The notes under the pieces: generated by a model
What the model saw: the letters and a program-made list of their open reading frames with translations, nothing else
Told to the model about the DNA's origin: nothing
The model's database searches: none
Assembly: GCA_000320545.1 (NCBI GenBank)
Contig: ADNK01000914.1
Coordinates: forward strand, 1,443 to 65,442
Origin: Bigelowiella natans CCMP2755
Taxonomy: Eukaryota > Protista > Cercozoa
Direction of reading: 5' to 3'
Length of the DNA: 64,000 bases
Position numbers and translations under genes: made by a program
In this document: positions 45,628 to 58,376 of the stretch, in pieces
How the letters are laid out: every line of letters starts with the position of its first letter
Position numbering within the stretch: position 1 is the stretch's first letter

Positions 45628-46509
45628 CTACTCATCCAAAATTCGCAGTGCAGCATCAATCATTTCTATGTCTCTCGCCAAACACTTATTATCATAATCT
45701 ATAGACCCATCATATTTTGAACTCGTTGCAGATTCATCTGCTTGATCCTCTCCTACAGAGGGACGCTGCGATTGCCCTTTATCTATGCTTTCTTTGGCTC
45801 CTCCATTATCACCTCCAGCATCTAAGTCTAAACCAGAAGAATCTCCAACGTTGCCCTTTTGTTCCACGTCTTCCCCAGCATCTTTCGAGTTCGTCTGAAT
45901 CTCTACAGCATCTATTTCCTGTGCGCCATCGTTGCCTTCGCAAGCATCACTGTGTTCATCTATGTTTTCTTTAGCTCCTCCATCAGCATCTAAGTCTAAA
46001 CCAGAAGAATCTCCAACGTTACCCTTTTGTTCCACGTCTTCCCCAGCATCTTTCGAGTTCGTCTGAGTCTCTACAGTATCTATTTCCTGTGCGCCATCGT
46101 TGCCTTCGCAAGTATCACAGTGTTCGTGGCTATCGCCCAGCTGTTTCAGGAAGTCCTCGGCCTGTATCCCTTCCCGTACGAGTTTCTGAGCTCTATGATC
46201 GCCTGCAGCCGTTCCTCTATCTTCCCCATCATTTATTTCGGCAGGGAATTCTATCACATGCGCTTCCCTGAAAGTGGCAACGGGCTCTAGATTATGCGAT
46301 CCGTTTCCAAACTCGCCGGTAAGTGGTTTTCCTTCAGAGATTATCTCCAAAGCGGCAGCTCCCTCAGAAGTGGAGGAAGCACTACTTTCCGCATCCTCTT
46401 CTATATATGAACCATGACGTTTTGTAATGCATTTGTAGGATAGCACCTGAGTTCCCAGGGGCGGCGGGGCGGGGCCGATCTCTCTGCCGGAGCAACAGAC
46501 CGTACCCAT
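45628..46509 (-). CDS. Acidic hypothetical protein, 293 aa, with dual-acylation N-terminus and an internal 56-aa tandem duplication
   Basis: Uninterrupted ORF starting MGTVCCSG. A 168-nt repeat (CEGNDGAQEID...GLDLDA x2; ~45816-46113) preserves the frame. Confidence 0.7.
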   Translation of the reverse strand: MGTVCCSGREIGPAPPPLGTQVLSYKCITKRHGSYIEEDAESSASSTSEGAAALEIISEGKPLTGEFGNGSHNLEPVATFREAHVIEFPAEINDGEDRGTAAGDHRAQKLVREGIQAEDFLKQLGDSHEHCDTCEGNDGAQEIDTVETQTNSKDAGEDVEQKGNVGDSSGLDLDADGGAKENIDEHSDACEGNDGAQEIDAVEIQTNSKDAGEDVEQKGNVGDSSGLDLDAGGDNGGAKESIDKGQSQRPSVGEDQADESATSSKYDGSIDYDNKCLARDIEMIDAALRILDE

Positions 46510-47030
46510 TCGCGTGTGCCGTCCTGCGTTCAGACCCCTTCTTCGTTACGGATTACGTTTCGGAAGTTCATCCGATAAATTATTTTCCAAATCTTTTACA
46601 CGACGAAAACTGTCGACTCGCGATCGAATATGGGCATGGCCCCCTCGCCAAAAACTGAGGGCAGGAACTATGTATGTCGCACATACATGTACACATTGTT
46701 CCTTCCACCCTCATAGATCTAATTCTGTCCTGCGACAAGCTTCTCTCCCTAGTCGCATCAGATGAAGCATCATCGCTTTCTTTTGGCTCCATTCCGCTAC
46801 ATGACGACGTAGCCTGGCACAAGGAGCATGGCATTTTGTCAGGAGCATGCGACAACGGCAGCTTGCAACGACGCCTTCCCAATGACTGGGCGATGATGAT
46901 GATGATGATGGCTTTAACGATGGGGGGGGGTCTCCTCAAAACCCACCGGGAAACAAAAAAAGAATAAAAAAAGAAAAAGAAAGGGGGGGGGGAGCAAGCG
47001 CAGGCAGGCAGGAAACGTTGAAACGAAGGA

Positions 47031-47938
47031 ATGGCGGCGCTTCGCCCTGCCGACGAGCGCCTGTTGGTTTTCTCAAGCGTGGGTTGCCTCAATGAAGTCA
47101 GATGTCAAATCGAAGCTCGCTGTGCAAACGTCGAAGTTCAGGACGCACAGGACAGGACCCCGCTTTGTGTAGCAGCTCTGAGCGGCAACATCCACATCGT
47201 GCGATGTGGTCGAGCAAGCTGGTGCCAATCTTGATGGAGTTGACATCCGTGGTTTTCCACCACTGCTGTGGGCAGTCCACGAGAGACGTCCGAAGATCGT
47301 GAGATGTTTGGTGGAGGACGTGAAGGCCAGCATCAAAGGGCAAGGGATGGAAACTCCATGACTGCACTTCATGCTGGTGCTGGACAGCTGCGCATGCACA
47401 CATGGTGAGACACGTCATCGAAAATTGTGATGCAAGGGTGGATGCAGTGGACAGCAAACGCGAGACTCCCGTCTTTTGCATTTGCGCTGTCCGTGGCCAT
47501 CATCATGGCATTGTGCGCTGTTTGGTGGAAGCGGTCCGTGCCGATCCAAATCACAGGGACATCGCAGGGAGGACTCCCCTCAATGCAGCCACGTTCGAGA
47601 ACAATTTTGAGGCCATGAAGCTTCTCGTGGAGAAGGCTAGTGCATGCCCAGAGATTCCTGACTTCAGGGGCGACACCCCCCTTTTCTGGTCCGTACGACA
47701 CCGCAGTTTTGACGTAGCACGATGCGTTGGTCGAGAATGCTGGGCATTTGTCCTCCTTGCAATCTTCCTCATCCACCGCTGTGGGCAAGATCCCGGGAAG
47801 CTGCGGGAACTTGCTTGCACGTCCCTCCATCTTCGGCGTAACCGATTCATCTGCAACATTGACACGTTTTGCAAAGGATGTGAATCGCTTGCTCTTGAGC
47901 GTTCGATGCTTCATGCTCACACGGCAAAGGCAGCACAT
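47031..47938 (+). pseudogene. Intronless ankyrin-repeat pseudogene (frameshifted, TpA-stripped)
   Basis: Five or six ankyrin repeats split over different frames: DAQDRTPLCVAALSGNIHIVR / VEQAGANLDGVDIRGFPPLLWAVHERRPKIVRCLVE / GNSMTALHA / DSKRETPVFC...IVRCLVEAVRADPNHRDIAGRTPLNAA...DFRGDTPLFWSVRHRSFDVARC. I count only 5 TA dinucleotides in ~910 bp. Confidence 0.8.
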
Positions 47939-48175
47939 GCACTTGCTGCTAGCTAGCTAGCTAGGCAATGAGTCCGCGAGATGCACACTTTTGTGCAATG
48001 TGCACTCTTCCCACCCCAGCCCGCCCCCCCTTTCTCCTTTAATCGTCAAACATGACTTGCGTCAACACACCCAATGGCACTGCAGTGCAAACCTTGTCCA
48101 TGTGTTCTTGCTTGAATCTTGACAGCTTGTGGTGGGGTTGCAATGGAGATCCAGCACACATTGCATGCGGGGGCT

Positions 48176-48614
48176 CTAGTTTGCGAGTTCTGTCATGCGC
48201 CATTCATCAACAAATGCCCATTGCACTAGTTGCACAGACTGTGCCACAAGTTTTGCAAGCTCATGAGGGTGTGCGCACACTGGCTTTGCATCATTGTGAA
48301 ATTTGAGCACAAAAACGCCAAAATTGCTCTCAATTGAGAGGTCATGCCACTCGTTGCAGGTTTGACGGAGTTGTGCAATTGTCTCTGCTGTCATGTGCGA
48401 CCACTTCCGCCCCTAACCCTCGCTGCAATCCCGTGCTTAAGAAGTGCAAATCCCTCAAGTTTCTGTTGAACACCTCAATCTGACGCTCGACACAATCTTG
48501 TTGGATGAAGATTTTGAGTTCGTCATGGTTTTTCAAGTCATTGCCAGTGCATGCATTCCTTTTTTTGGCCTCAACGTTTGGCTTCATGTGAATTGAGGAA
48601 TTCACGATCTCCAA
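48176..48614 (-). pseudogene. Decayed F-box-like gene fragment
   Basis: LQRGLGAEVV /frameshift/ SHMTAETIAQLRQTCNEWHDLSIESNF resembles the F-box consensus (EILSYL...LxRLRxVCKxWYxL), with His at the Tyr positions. Confidence 0.4.
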
Positions 48615-48882
48615 ATGATCACCCTTACTGCAACCTAAAGCAACGGAGCATTACCCCTACACTCCTTTGCCTCAATGTTTGCGTTCATGTCAACCAGGCA
48701 TTTTACGATCTCCAAATGACCCTTGCATTGAACACGCGATCAACGGAGTCTCATGTGAACCGCCGCACTCCCCAACATTTGCATTCCCCCCGCTAGCCCG
48801 ATTGTGCGCTTCAGGCGGGGAAGGTAGTTGCCGAGCATTGCTTTGAAGGTGGTGCTGGAGATGTCAGGCGACACAGTCATTG

Positions 48883-48960
48883 GCATTGCATAGCTACATG
48901 AGGATGACCATTGAACAGATTTAATTTGATTGATCACATCCGTCTTACATGCAGCTAGCT
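48883..48960 (+). repeat. Dispersed repeat copy 2, homologous to 36355-36433
   Basis: Direct alignment with copy 1; shared core gaggat(a/g)accattgaacag. Confidence 0.8.
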
Positions 48961-49107
48961 TGCTAGGTAGGGCGTGATTTCGTCCGCCGATTGGCCAAGG
49001 CTACAGAAGAATTTCCCTCGATGCTACAATGCTAGAATGATAAGCATAACTTTGCATGTCCAATGTACCAAATGACGCGGTTTTTTTAGCACAGAGATAT
49101 AGTCGGC

Positions 49108-49355
49108 TTAATATCCGTTGTTGTTAACTACTGCAGCGGCAGCGGCATCTGTCGCGGTTGGTGTGGTGTGCCACTGAGTGTCAGGTACCTCTGCAACCTC
49201 AGGTGCTGTCTTTGGGAGCGTGCCAGCGATGACGCACGCGACCAGCAACACCCCGGTAGCGATCAGAAATACCTGGGGATAGAACAATCATTGTGAGCAA
49301 CTACATGATATTCTTCACTTCCTTCCATCATTTTCATACCTATGCATTCCTTCGC

Positions 49356-49398
<43 letters not shown>

Positions 49399-50745
49399 TC
49401 CTCTCTCTCTCTTAATCCGTTAACTAGAATAATTATACATAAATAATTATTCGAAGAAATCGATCGGAAATCAATTCTACCACGCCGGGTCCCAGTGTGA
49501 GTAAATCGAAGAGGCCAAACTTCACTGGCTGGACCAACGAGTAGAGATTCGGGAACATCAGAGGACTTACGACCGCTGCTAGTACCTGCACAAGTGAGAA
49601 GAAACGGGATGGAACCAATGCGACGACAACAACCTCTTCTTTTTCTAACCAATCTAGCTCTCGTTTCGCTCTGCCACCGAGTCCCTTACGTCGGAGCGGT
49701 TGCAAGCATGGGCACTCTGCTCATATCATTACTTCTACTTCTAAAAAGGGGCATCATGACGATAGGAATGCTTGGACGATGCACCGAGCGCATATATTCG
49801 TTCCAGAACAGATACCTCCAAAGAGCCGTACGCCGCAAGCATTGTTGGTCTGGTCTCTGCGCCAAGAGCACGGGAGAGCAGCGCTCGGGCGACAGGGAAG
49901 AGAACTGCACTAAAAGCTAGTCCGAGGGAGGCGATATAAACTTCCCAGCCCTGCGTAAAACAGCAGGAAAACGCTCGTCATTTCTTCGTGTATCCCGGTG
50001 TGATCATATCATCGTTCGATTTGCCATCGGCGTCACATTCTCGCGGCGTTGCTGCTTCTACACTCGCTGCATGGTCGTACTCGTTGTGGTTTTCTACCTT
50101 TGCCAGGAATGTGAACGAACCGAGTGCTATCGCGGTGGTTATTAGGCCGATCAAGATCTTTCGGGGAAACAAAGCAATGTTCAACCAAAAAAGGCGGCTG
50201 TTAAATGCTTTAAATAGCTATCAACGAATACGAAATAAGGAAGTTCTGCACCGCGGCATTGGCGAGGATAAATGTCAGTTTGAACTATTATGCATGTGAG
50301 TGTTAACTACGATGCTCTTTCCGGAGTAGCCTTTGTTTCTCAATATCGGAAGGACCCATCTGAGGAGGAAGAGAAGAAGTGATGAGAAGCAATTTCTGAT
50401 TGAGCCATGCTCCTAAGAATGATAACAATCGTGCTCTGATTGAGCAAAACTAGGAACTTGATCGGCGAGAAAAGGAGAAACGAACGGAGGTGAGAGAGTT
50501 TTGCAACACATCAAAGCATTCATAAATGCCCTCCACCGCACAGACATGTACGCGTGGCGTATTACAAGAGCCCAATAGCGCCAGACAGGAAGATAATAGT
50601 CTGAATATAACCAACCTGCAATACGCACGAAACAACATATTTTGAAAGTGAATTCCCACACTCTCTATCTCAACCGTTGTCATTGTCATCATCCCTACCG
50701 ACAAAATCAGCATCACCAAAACTGTGATATATATATATATATATA

Positions 50746-50783
<38 letters not shown>

Positions 50784-51044
50784 CTCATTGCCTCTTCCCC
50801 CCCCCTCATCCTCCTCTTCTTAATCCTACCTCCTGCGTGGACATTCCGAAGGTTTTCTTGATGTAGAGAGGAACAATCGAGATGGCCCCCAAGGAACCTA
50901 CCAACGATAACTGATACCCGTGGACAGGAAGAACCAGAGAGGAGGAGAAGGGGAGGAGGGGAGGAGGAGATGAGGATGGAGAGGAGAGTGCCAACAATGG
51001 ACAGCCGAAAGTGTTCAACACTCGGAAAGATTTTGTGTGCTCGC

Positions 51045-51079
<35 letters not shown>

Positions 51080-51204
51080 ATTATCGTTAGGTCCACTGTC
51101 AGAATATCATCCTACCATCACGATGGCCGCGATTTTGCGTGAGTAAGAGGAGCGGTTCAACAGCACGATGCCCGAGAATGGAGTCGTCTGTAAAGTCAGT
51201 ATGT

Positions 51205-51243
<39 letters not shown>

Positions 51244-51254
51244 GCGGTAAATAA

Positions 51255-51292
<38 letters not shown>

Positions 51293-51668
51293 TATAGGCG
51301 CTAACAAACCCTAGGGGGAGTCGAGAAAAACCATATCATGCAAGATATATCTGCGCACCACCATCAGTCCCCAACCCCCCCACCCCCCCCCTCCCCAATA
51401 AAAGAAAAGACACAAGTAATATCGTACCAGCCGCCATTGTATCGCCCCCCTAGCATGTCCAATGGTCTCCGCAAGGCCGCAAAGCGCACCGATTCCGACG
51501 ATTGCCTCTAATGCCCCCGCAAAGAAAAAGGTGGCACGGAACGAATAGCGGGCTGCGATCTGACAGCACACATTGTCATAAGTCACCAATGAAGACATGC
51601 ATGATGACTGGGAAAGTTTGGTGAGCAAGATTGGTGTTGTAGAACAACGTTTCATCACACTGGCACTG

Positions 51669-51705
<37 letters not shown>

Positions 51706-51896
51706 AAGCTCCTGTGTGAGCATACAAAGTGGCCAAGGGATGGGCCAGCTACGAATCCTAGCCAAACGACTCCTGAATGGAGAAGCAGCACAATGAAAGA
51801 CAGACACCCGTATTCACCCGATGACTTCTAATCAATATGTATTTCATCCCTTTTACCCTCCGCCCTCCCTCTCTCATTTGCGGGTGCGCGCGCACG

Positions 51897-51934
<38 letters not shown>

Positions 51935-53820
51935 CACACACACACACACACACACACATATTCGTTATGATGATGATGAGTCTACAGAGAGGAAAAACAT
52001 ACACACATACGCGCGCTCGCGCGCACACACACACACACACACACACGCCACATGTGCGAAGAGTCATAATCCATCAGGTATCAAGTACCTTCGATAAGTC
52101 CAAATGCCGAGGTGAGGGTCTTCTCAGCAATAACTTGACGAGCAGCAGCATAAGTATCTGGCCGCATGTTCGCACGCACTAGCATCTCCTCTCTCTCTCC
52201 CCCCCCAGGGGCATTTGCATTTCCCCCGTCACTGTTGTGTAAGAAAGCGCATTCAGTGCGAGTGACCGCCTCCTTATATCAAAAAGACCACATTTGCCAA
52301 CCCCCCCCCCCAACTATCACTTCTCTCATCCCCCGTCCCCGCATATAATGATGCGTGGGTGTTCATGGATAATTACCGATCATCACGTGGGACGGGCGCC
52401 GTGTCAGCCGCAATTGTGAATAATGCCGCCAGTATCGAAAATATGCTGCCTGAGCGTTGGAATTTGTATCAAGTTAACTAGACATGGCTCCTTCCTCCTC
52501 CCCATGTTATTCCTCGGTGGTCTCACCACCTCAGTACACATCTGTAGCGAGATCTGCTCAATTCAACTTTCAAGCGCGACCCCCCTCCCGTTCCCGCTCT
52601 TCCTTCCTATTTTACATCTCTGTAACAACTTCTGCTACCTCCGAGAGAGCAGGCTGCCAATCCTCCCAGGAGGATGTTAAAATGCTTCGTTTCGTGGCGA
52701 AATAACGATAACAAAATGAAGGAGCTGGCCATCCCTACCATTATTCAAAACGTATTCTGATCAAGATGAATTGGTGAGCAGGGACAGCATAGGAGGAAGG
52801 GGTGGAGTAGGGACGAGGAGGGAGGGGACGGCCTCACCCATGATTGGCAGAATGAGCGCGGGTTTTCGACCAATCTTCTGCGCGATTTGGCCGATGAGGT
52901 TTGTGGTCAAGAAACTGGCAGCATTCCTGGAAAATGGGAAGATTTGACATATAAAATATAACTTGTCCAGCAATATTAAGGACACATCATTACACATGAG
53001 AGAAGGGTATGACTATCTCATTACATTATTGCTGATGCTGCGGCAAATCGCTTTGCGGCTGTCGAATGGGCCTGTTCTGAATGTAAGCATTCATCCCCAC
53101 TGCACAGCCAGAGGGGAGGAAAGAAGAGAATGAACAAATTGATTTTACTGAAATAGTGAAAAAATGGATATCCGAATTCGAAGACAGTACAAATCACACC
53201 AGCTTCGCTTGCCACCTATAACGAATTTATATCTACCTGATCCCCCTGTCTTTACATTCTGCGGAGAGAAGCATTTCACTGCGTGCAGGGAATAGAAGAT
53301 TATTTCGGGGTCGAATCGTTTTTCAACAGAATTTCAGCTCGGTCAAATTTGTCGCAGAAAAGGGTTATCCTATTTTTATACTCCTACAACCTGAATGTCG
53401 ATTGACATGACGTGTAAGCCAAAGCGCTGAGGAAGGCCAGGAGCATCAAATACCACATCCTCTTTACAATCTGTCACGCAACACAGCCAAAACGTCAGTG
53501 GAATATATTTCGAATCTCGATTGCCCACCTGGTAGAAGCCTGGAGCATCAATCCCTACATATGCCATACCATCATCTTCTGATACCCCGCTTGGCCTAGT
53601 ACGAAAAGCTGGGGATCGTATGAACCCATCATCATCGCTCGTGCAAGCTAACATAAAGCACGCTTCAGGGAGCTGTGAAACCATCTGAATACTGTCTGTT
53701 ACTACCTCTCCTTCTACCATCTTGAGAGGCATCTAAGGTTTTGTTTTCGAAAGACACGTAGGTTTCCTCCTCGCCATCTTCGTCCGTCCCCTTGCTGGAC
53801 GGGCTCATCGAGGCGAGCAT
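49108..53820 (-). CDS. Major facilitator superfamily transporter (SLC46/TetA-like)
   Basis: Spliced TM segments: RMWYLMLLAFLSALAYTSCQSTF; a Cys-containing loop ECKDRGSGDECLHSEQ; NAASFLTTNLIGQIAQKIGRKPALILPIMGE (MFS motif A-like); TSAFGLIE/GVVWLGFVAGPSLG; YSFRATFFFAGALEAIVGIGALCGLAET; TTPFSGIVLL; SIVPLYIKKTFGMSTQE; last exon VFLIATGVLLVACVIAGTLP...NGY*. Start approximate; it may extend to ~54.4 kb. Confidence 0.78.
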
Positions 53821-54717
53821 GACCCGACGATTCTCCGTTGTCGATCTTTAGCAGTTCTATTCTATTTTAGACAGGTAAATATAGGTGTTTTTACCGATGA
53901 TACAATGTTCTCTTCTTGTCGTTATATTGAAATCGTCAACTCGGAGAAGTGTTGCCGACAAGCGTCCCCGAAGGGCAAAAACTCATGGAAATACATCAAT
54001 GCGACAACAGTATATGATCTTTTGAATTAGAAACCCAATCACCTCGTACTGCCGCTTATGTACATATGTTTGGGTCAAAAAATAAACCAAGACTAACCAC
54101 TCATGATCTTCATGGATCTTGTTATTATTAGTAACGATCTGGTACCGTACTTAATAATGGCTTTGGTACCCCTTCTCGAATGTTACATCTTGAAAAAATG
54201 AGGGTGACTTCTTGTCCATTTTCGTTGAAATTGCTGGCGTATAGGAAAAATGGACTTACCTGATGAGGAGCATGAAACAGAGGTGATGCTACAAGTCTAT
54301 TCGTCATTTCCCTTGTCGCTGAGATAAAATCGCCGATGTTCTTCACTTGAACAACAACAGCAAGAACATCCATCCACATTAACACAAGTCATAGCTTGCG
54401 CAGGGGTGAACTCACATTAACGTTTCGATTGTAGACTTTCACGCTATCCTTCTCAACATGGGAGAAAGAAGCTGAAAGAATCGGGGAGAGTTGTGTTAGA
54501 AGTTAAATTGTGAATTTTCCCAGATTTGGATCGATAGTTAGAATCGTGCTTAACTGAATTTGATGGGGATTTTTATCAAATGGTTGGTTATTCATGAACG
54601 CTGGTGGCTATACCCTGGGCCAGAGAATCATCTAATATGGTTTTTATTTTGAATAATGCTGCTATCATCTATAGACCAAGAAAAGAATCTGGTCAATCCC
54701 TGTAGAGACGATCCGAT

Positions 54718-57294
54718 ATGGTTTTTCATGTGACGATGCTGCTCTTGGCAGTCTTCGCGTGTGCATCTCCACGGAGAGGGGTTCGTCCTGAAGACCACCA
54801 CCCTAAATTCAATACAAATGAGACAATTGTTTCCCCCTTAGACTTCCCCCATCATTTCGTAAACATTGCTCTATCCATCTCAGCCTCGCGACCCGCCTCC
54901 CTCCGCCGAGGAGAAGCGTAATTGGAGGTGGCACTGGGAGGAAAGAAAGCTAACTAAGAAGAAATTCTGGCGCCACAATCCGACTCAGGAGCCTCCGTAG
55001 TGAATCCTCATGTTAATATGATATATTGACAAACAGTGTGATAATAGTAATGATAAATTACCACACCATGGAGATCGCATCAAACACGATTCATGAGGTA
55101 TTTCGTTGCAGGTATCATCCTCCTGCGAACTGGGTCTACAACACATCTTCCGGGCCTGTGAAGGGCAAGATCAATGTGCACATCGTACCGCACACACACG
55201 ACGACACTGGATGGCAGGTAGGGCATAAAATGGCGCTGCACGATCGCATTTTCCATAGTCGCTAAACGTATGAATGAATTTCGCTTTAGGTGACTGTAGA
55301 CCAGTACTTCTTCATGGAAGTTTATTACATCCTCGACACGGTAATTCCTCTTCGATGCTGCCGACATCACATAGCAGCAATAACCATGTCTTCTTGGATC
55401 TGCTGCTGCTGCTGCTGTTGCTGCTGCTTTAGGTTGTGCGGGCCCTTAATGAAGATCCCAACAGACGCTTTATGTATGTGGAGACGGGTTTCTTCGCTCG
55501 ATGGTATATTGAGAACATTTAACGCCCCCCCCCACACCTGCGTTTGTACCCATAGCTTTTCCGCTTCATACACCTGCTACGAAACGTAGGTGGGACCAAC
55601 AACCTGAGAGGGTGAAGGCTATGACCCGCCGCCTGGTAGTGTTCAGATCACCAATCAGAATGGATACCCCCGAAACACAATGAAACCCTCTTACAATAAT
55701 AACTATCATCGACTACGTCGTGTTGATGATAATAGTCTGATGAAGAAGAAGATATTAAATACACGATCATCCATCTTCAGGTTCAAAATGGCCAACTCGA
55801 ATTCATTAACGGTGGATGGTGTATGCATGACGAAGCTGCTCCCTACTATGTGGAGGTAGTAGTTCTGCTGCTACTACTACGACTACTGCTACAACTGCTA
55901 CTACTACCACTACTACAACTACTAGAATTATAATGGCGAACAAAGATATCTTTATTTATTCAGATATATGTGTGCACATATTAACATATGTATTTATTTA
56001 TGTATTTTTTACTCGTAATTATTTATGTGCCTAAACTTAAGTATGTGCGGCGCACACAGTTCTCCATAGCCTGTTGACACTTTATCTCTAGTGTTGGAAA
56101 CGGTGCCAAGTCTCACTTGCAGCGCCGAGACTGCCTCCTACTGATGCTGCATATTATCCTTTATTTGTAGATGGTGGATCAGACCACGAGAGGCCACATC
56201 TTCCTCAACAAAGAGTAGTGTGCAACATACGAGCGAGTGCATGCACACACAGAGAGAAGGGGGGGGGGGGGGGGAGTTGATTAGACGAGCGAAGCCAACT
56301 CATTCGGAAATTTGTACTATGTATATTAGGTTCGGCTCCAGTGGAAACCCCCGGGGTACTTGGCAGATCGACCCGTTTGGCCACTCACAGACGCAGGTTG
56401 GAAGTATGAAGTGGACAATGCGACAGAACAAAAGAGCAACGGCACCTAAGTCAATAGAGAAATGAAAAAATTCTTTTAAGGAATTTCATTCACCTGCGGG
56501 GGTGGAGGCAGTTGTGCTGCCAACATCACCACTACTGAATGCTGCTGCTGCTGCTGCTGCCCTCTCCATGTTTCACACCCTTACCTACTGCAATCCAAAG
56601 GCGTGGCTGCTATCAGCTGAGGCAGGAATGGGAAATTTGTTCTGGGGACGCATGGACTATTTGGATGGAGAGGTGGCAGCAACTGATTGCTATTACAATC
56701 ATTTGACATCGTCGTCGTCATCATCATCATCATCATCATCATCATTGCCTGAGAGCATATATTTCCAACACATAGAAACGCCTCCAGGATAAAGGGCTCG
56801 AGTGGATTTGGCGTGGCAGCCAAAGCCTGGGCAAATCGGCAGAGATTTTCGCAGGAGAATTGTATGTGCTGCTGATGTCCAACCATTAAAGAATGCGGGG
56901 GGTGGGAGGGGTTTTTATTTTTGATTTTTTGTTTTTCCTTATTGCAGTAAGTTGTTGATAACTACTACCTCAAAAAGGTACGGCACAAACGGTGGCTTCG
57001 GATATTCGTCGCCAATGGGTTTCGACGGAAGTGATCAGCAGATCCAGGTTGCACATCCTGCTTCTTGGTTTTCTCTCTCTGCCTCTCCTCCTCCCCCTCC
57101 CCCCCCTCCCCGATCTTCCTCTTCTCTGTAGTATCAATACGCGCTTCGCGGTATTTTTTGACGAGAATAATTCATGCAATGCCGAACGGGAGAGAAGAAT
57201 TGATGTAATGAAGAAACTTTATAAACTCACGATGCGTTCATACCTTTTTCGTGGAAAAATAGGACGACCCACGTCGCCACGATTACAACGTCGA

Positions 57295-57360
<66 letters not shown>

Positions 57361-57681
57361 GCACACACACACACACACAGGTGGAAGAGTTCCTCGAATA
57401 CGTGCAGAATCAGGCGCAAAACACAAGATCGAACCACATCGTAAGTGAACAAACAGTGATGGGGGAGACGTTTGAGGGGGTGGCAAGGGAGGGGGCGATG
57501 ATCATTAGTATGCCTTATGATTATTGTAGCAAGGATGGCAATGGTGGTTGTAAGAGCATGCGTATTGTATCTTCCTCTTACTGCTCGTCGTCGTTACTAT
57601 CACGGCATCTTCTTCTTCGCCGTTAGATCTGGGCGTGCGGTGGAGATTTCAACTACCAGAATGCTCAGCATTGGTGGGTGG

Positions 57682-57721
<40 letters not shown>

Positions 57722-57797
57722 AGGACGTGTGCTTATGGCCCTTGGCTATCATCATATGACTTGCATATATCATAAAACACAGACACACACACGCACA

Positions 57798-57830
<33 letters not shown>

Positions 57831-57851
57831 GGGGGGGGGGTCCTTTACACA

Positions 57852-57886
<35 letters not shown>

Positions 57887-58080
57887 GGTACCACAATTTG
57901 GACAAGTTAATCCACTACGCCAATCTCAACGGAACGGTCCTCCTCCTCCTCCTCCTTCTTCTCCTCCTTCTCATCATCACCACCACCACCACCACCACCA
58001 CTATCATCATCTTCAACATCATCATCATCCCGAATCTTATTAATCGTTTTTGTCATTTAAATGAGACTTGCACACACGCA

Positions 58081-58123
<43 letters not shown>

Positions 58124-58344
58124 ATACACGCATATTGCAGGTAAACGCTTTCTACTCCACGCCTACTTTTTACACGGAGCAGAAGCACAAGTCAGGTCTT
58201 TCATGGGAGGTACTAGTTCTCACATCATCATCATCATCACCATCATCATCATCATCCCCATTACCTCCCTCCTCAACATCATGCATGCTTGCACAATCAT
58301 ATCCGCCATGCCTTTATCTTTGCCGCTACCGTCATCACTACCAC

Positions 58345-58376
<32 letters not shown>

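Noticed and set aside
47031-47938. Alternative genetic code to explain Cys/His at Tyr positions
   Set aside because: Neighbouring intact genes use Tyr, Cys and His normally, including catalytic residues; the effect is local.
48411-48420. Telomere-like CCCTAACCCT
   Set aside because: Fewer than two units; a chance occurrence.
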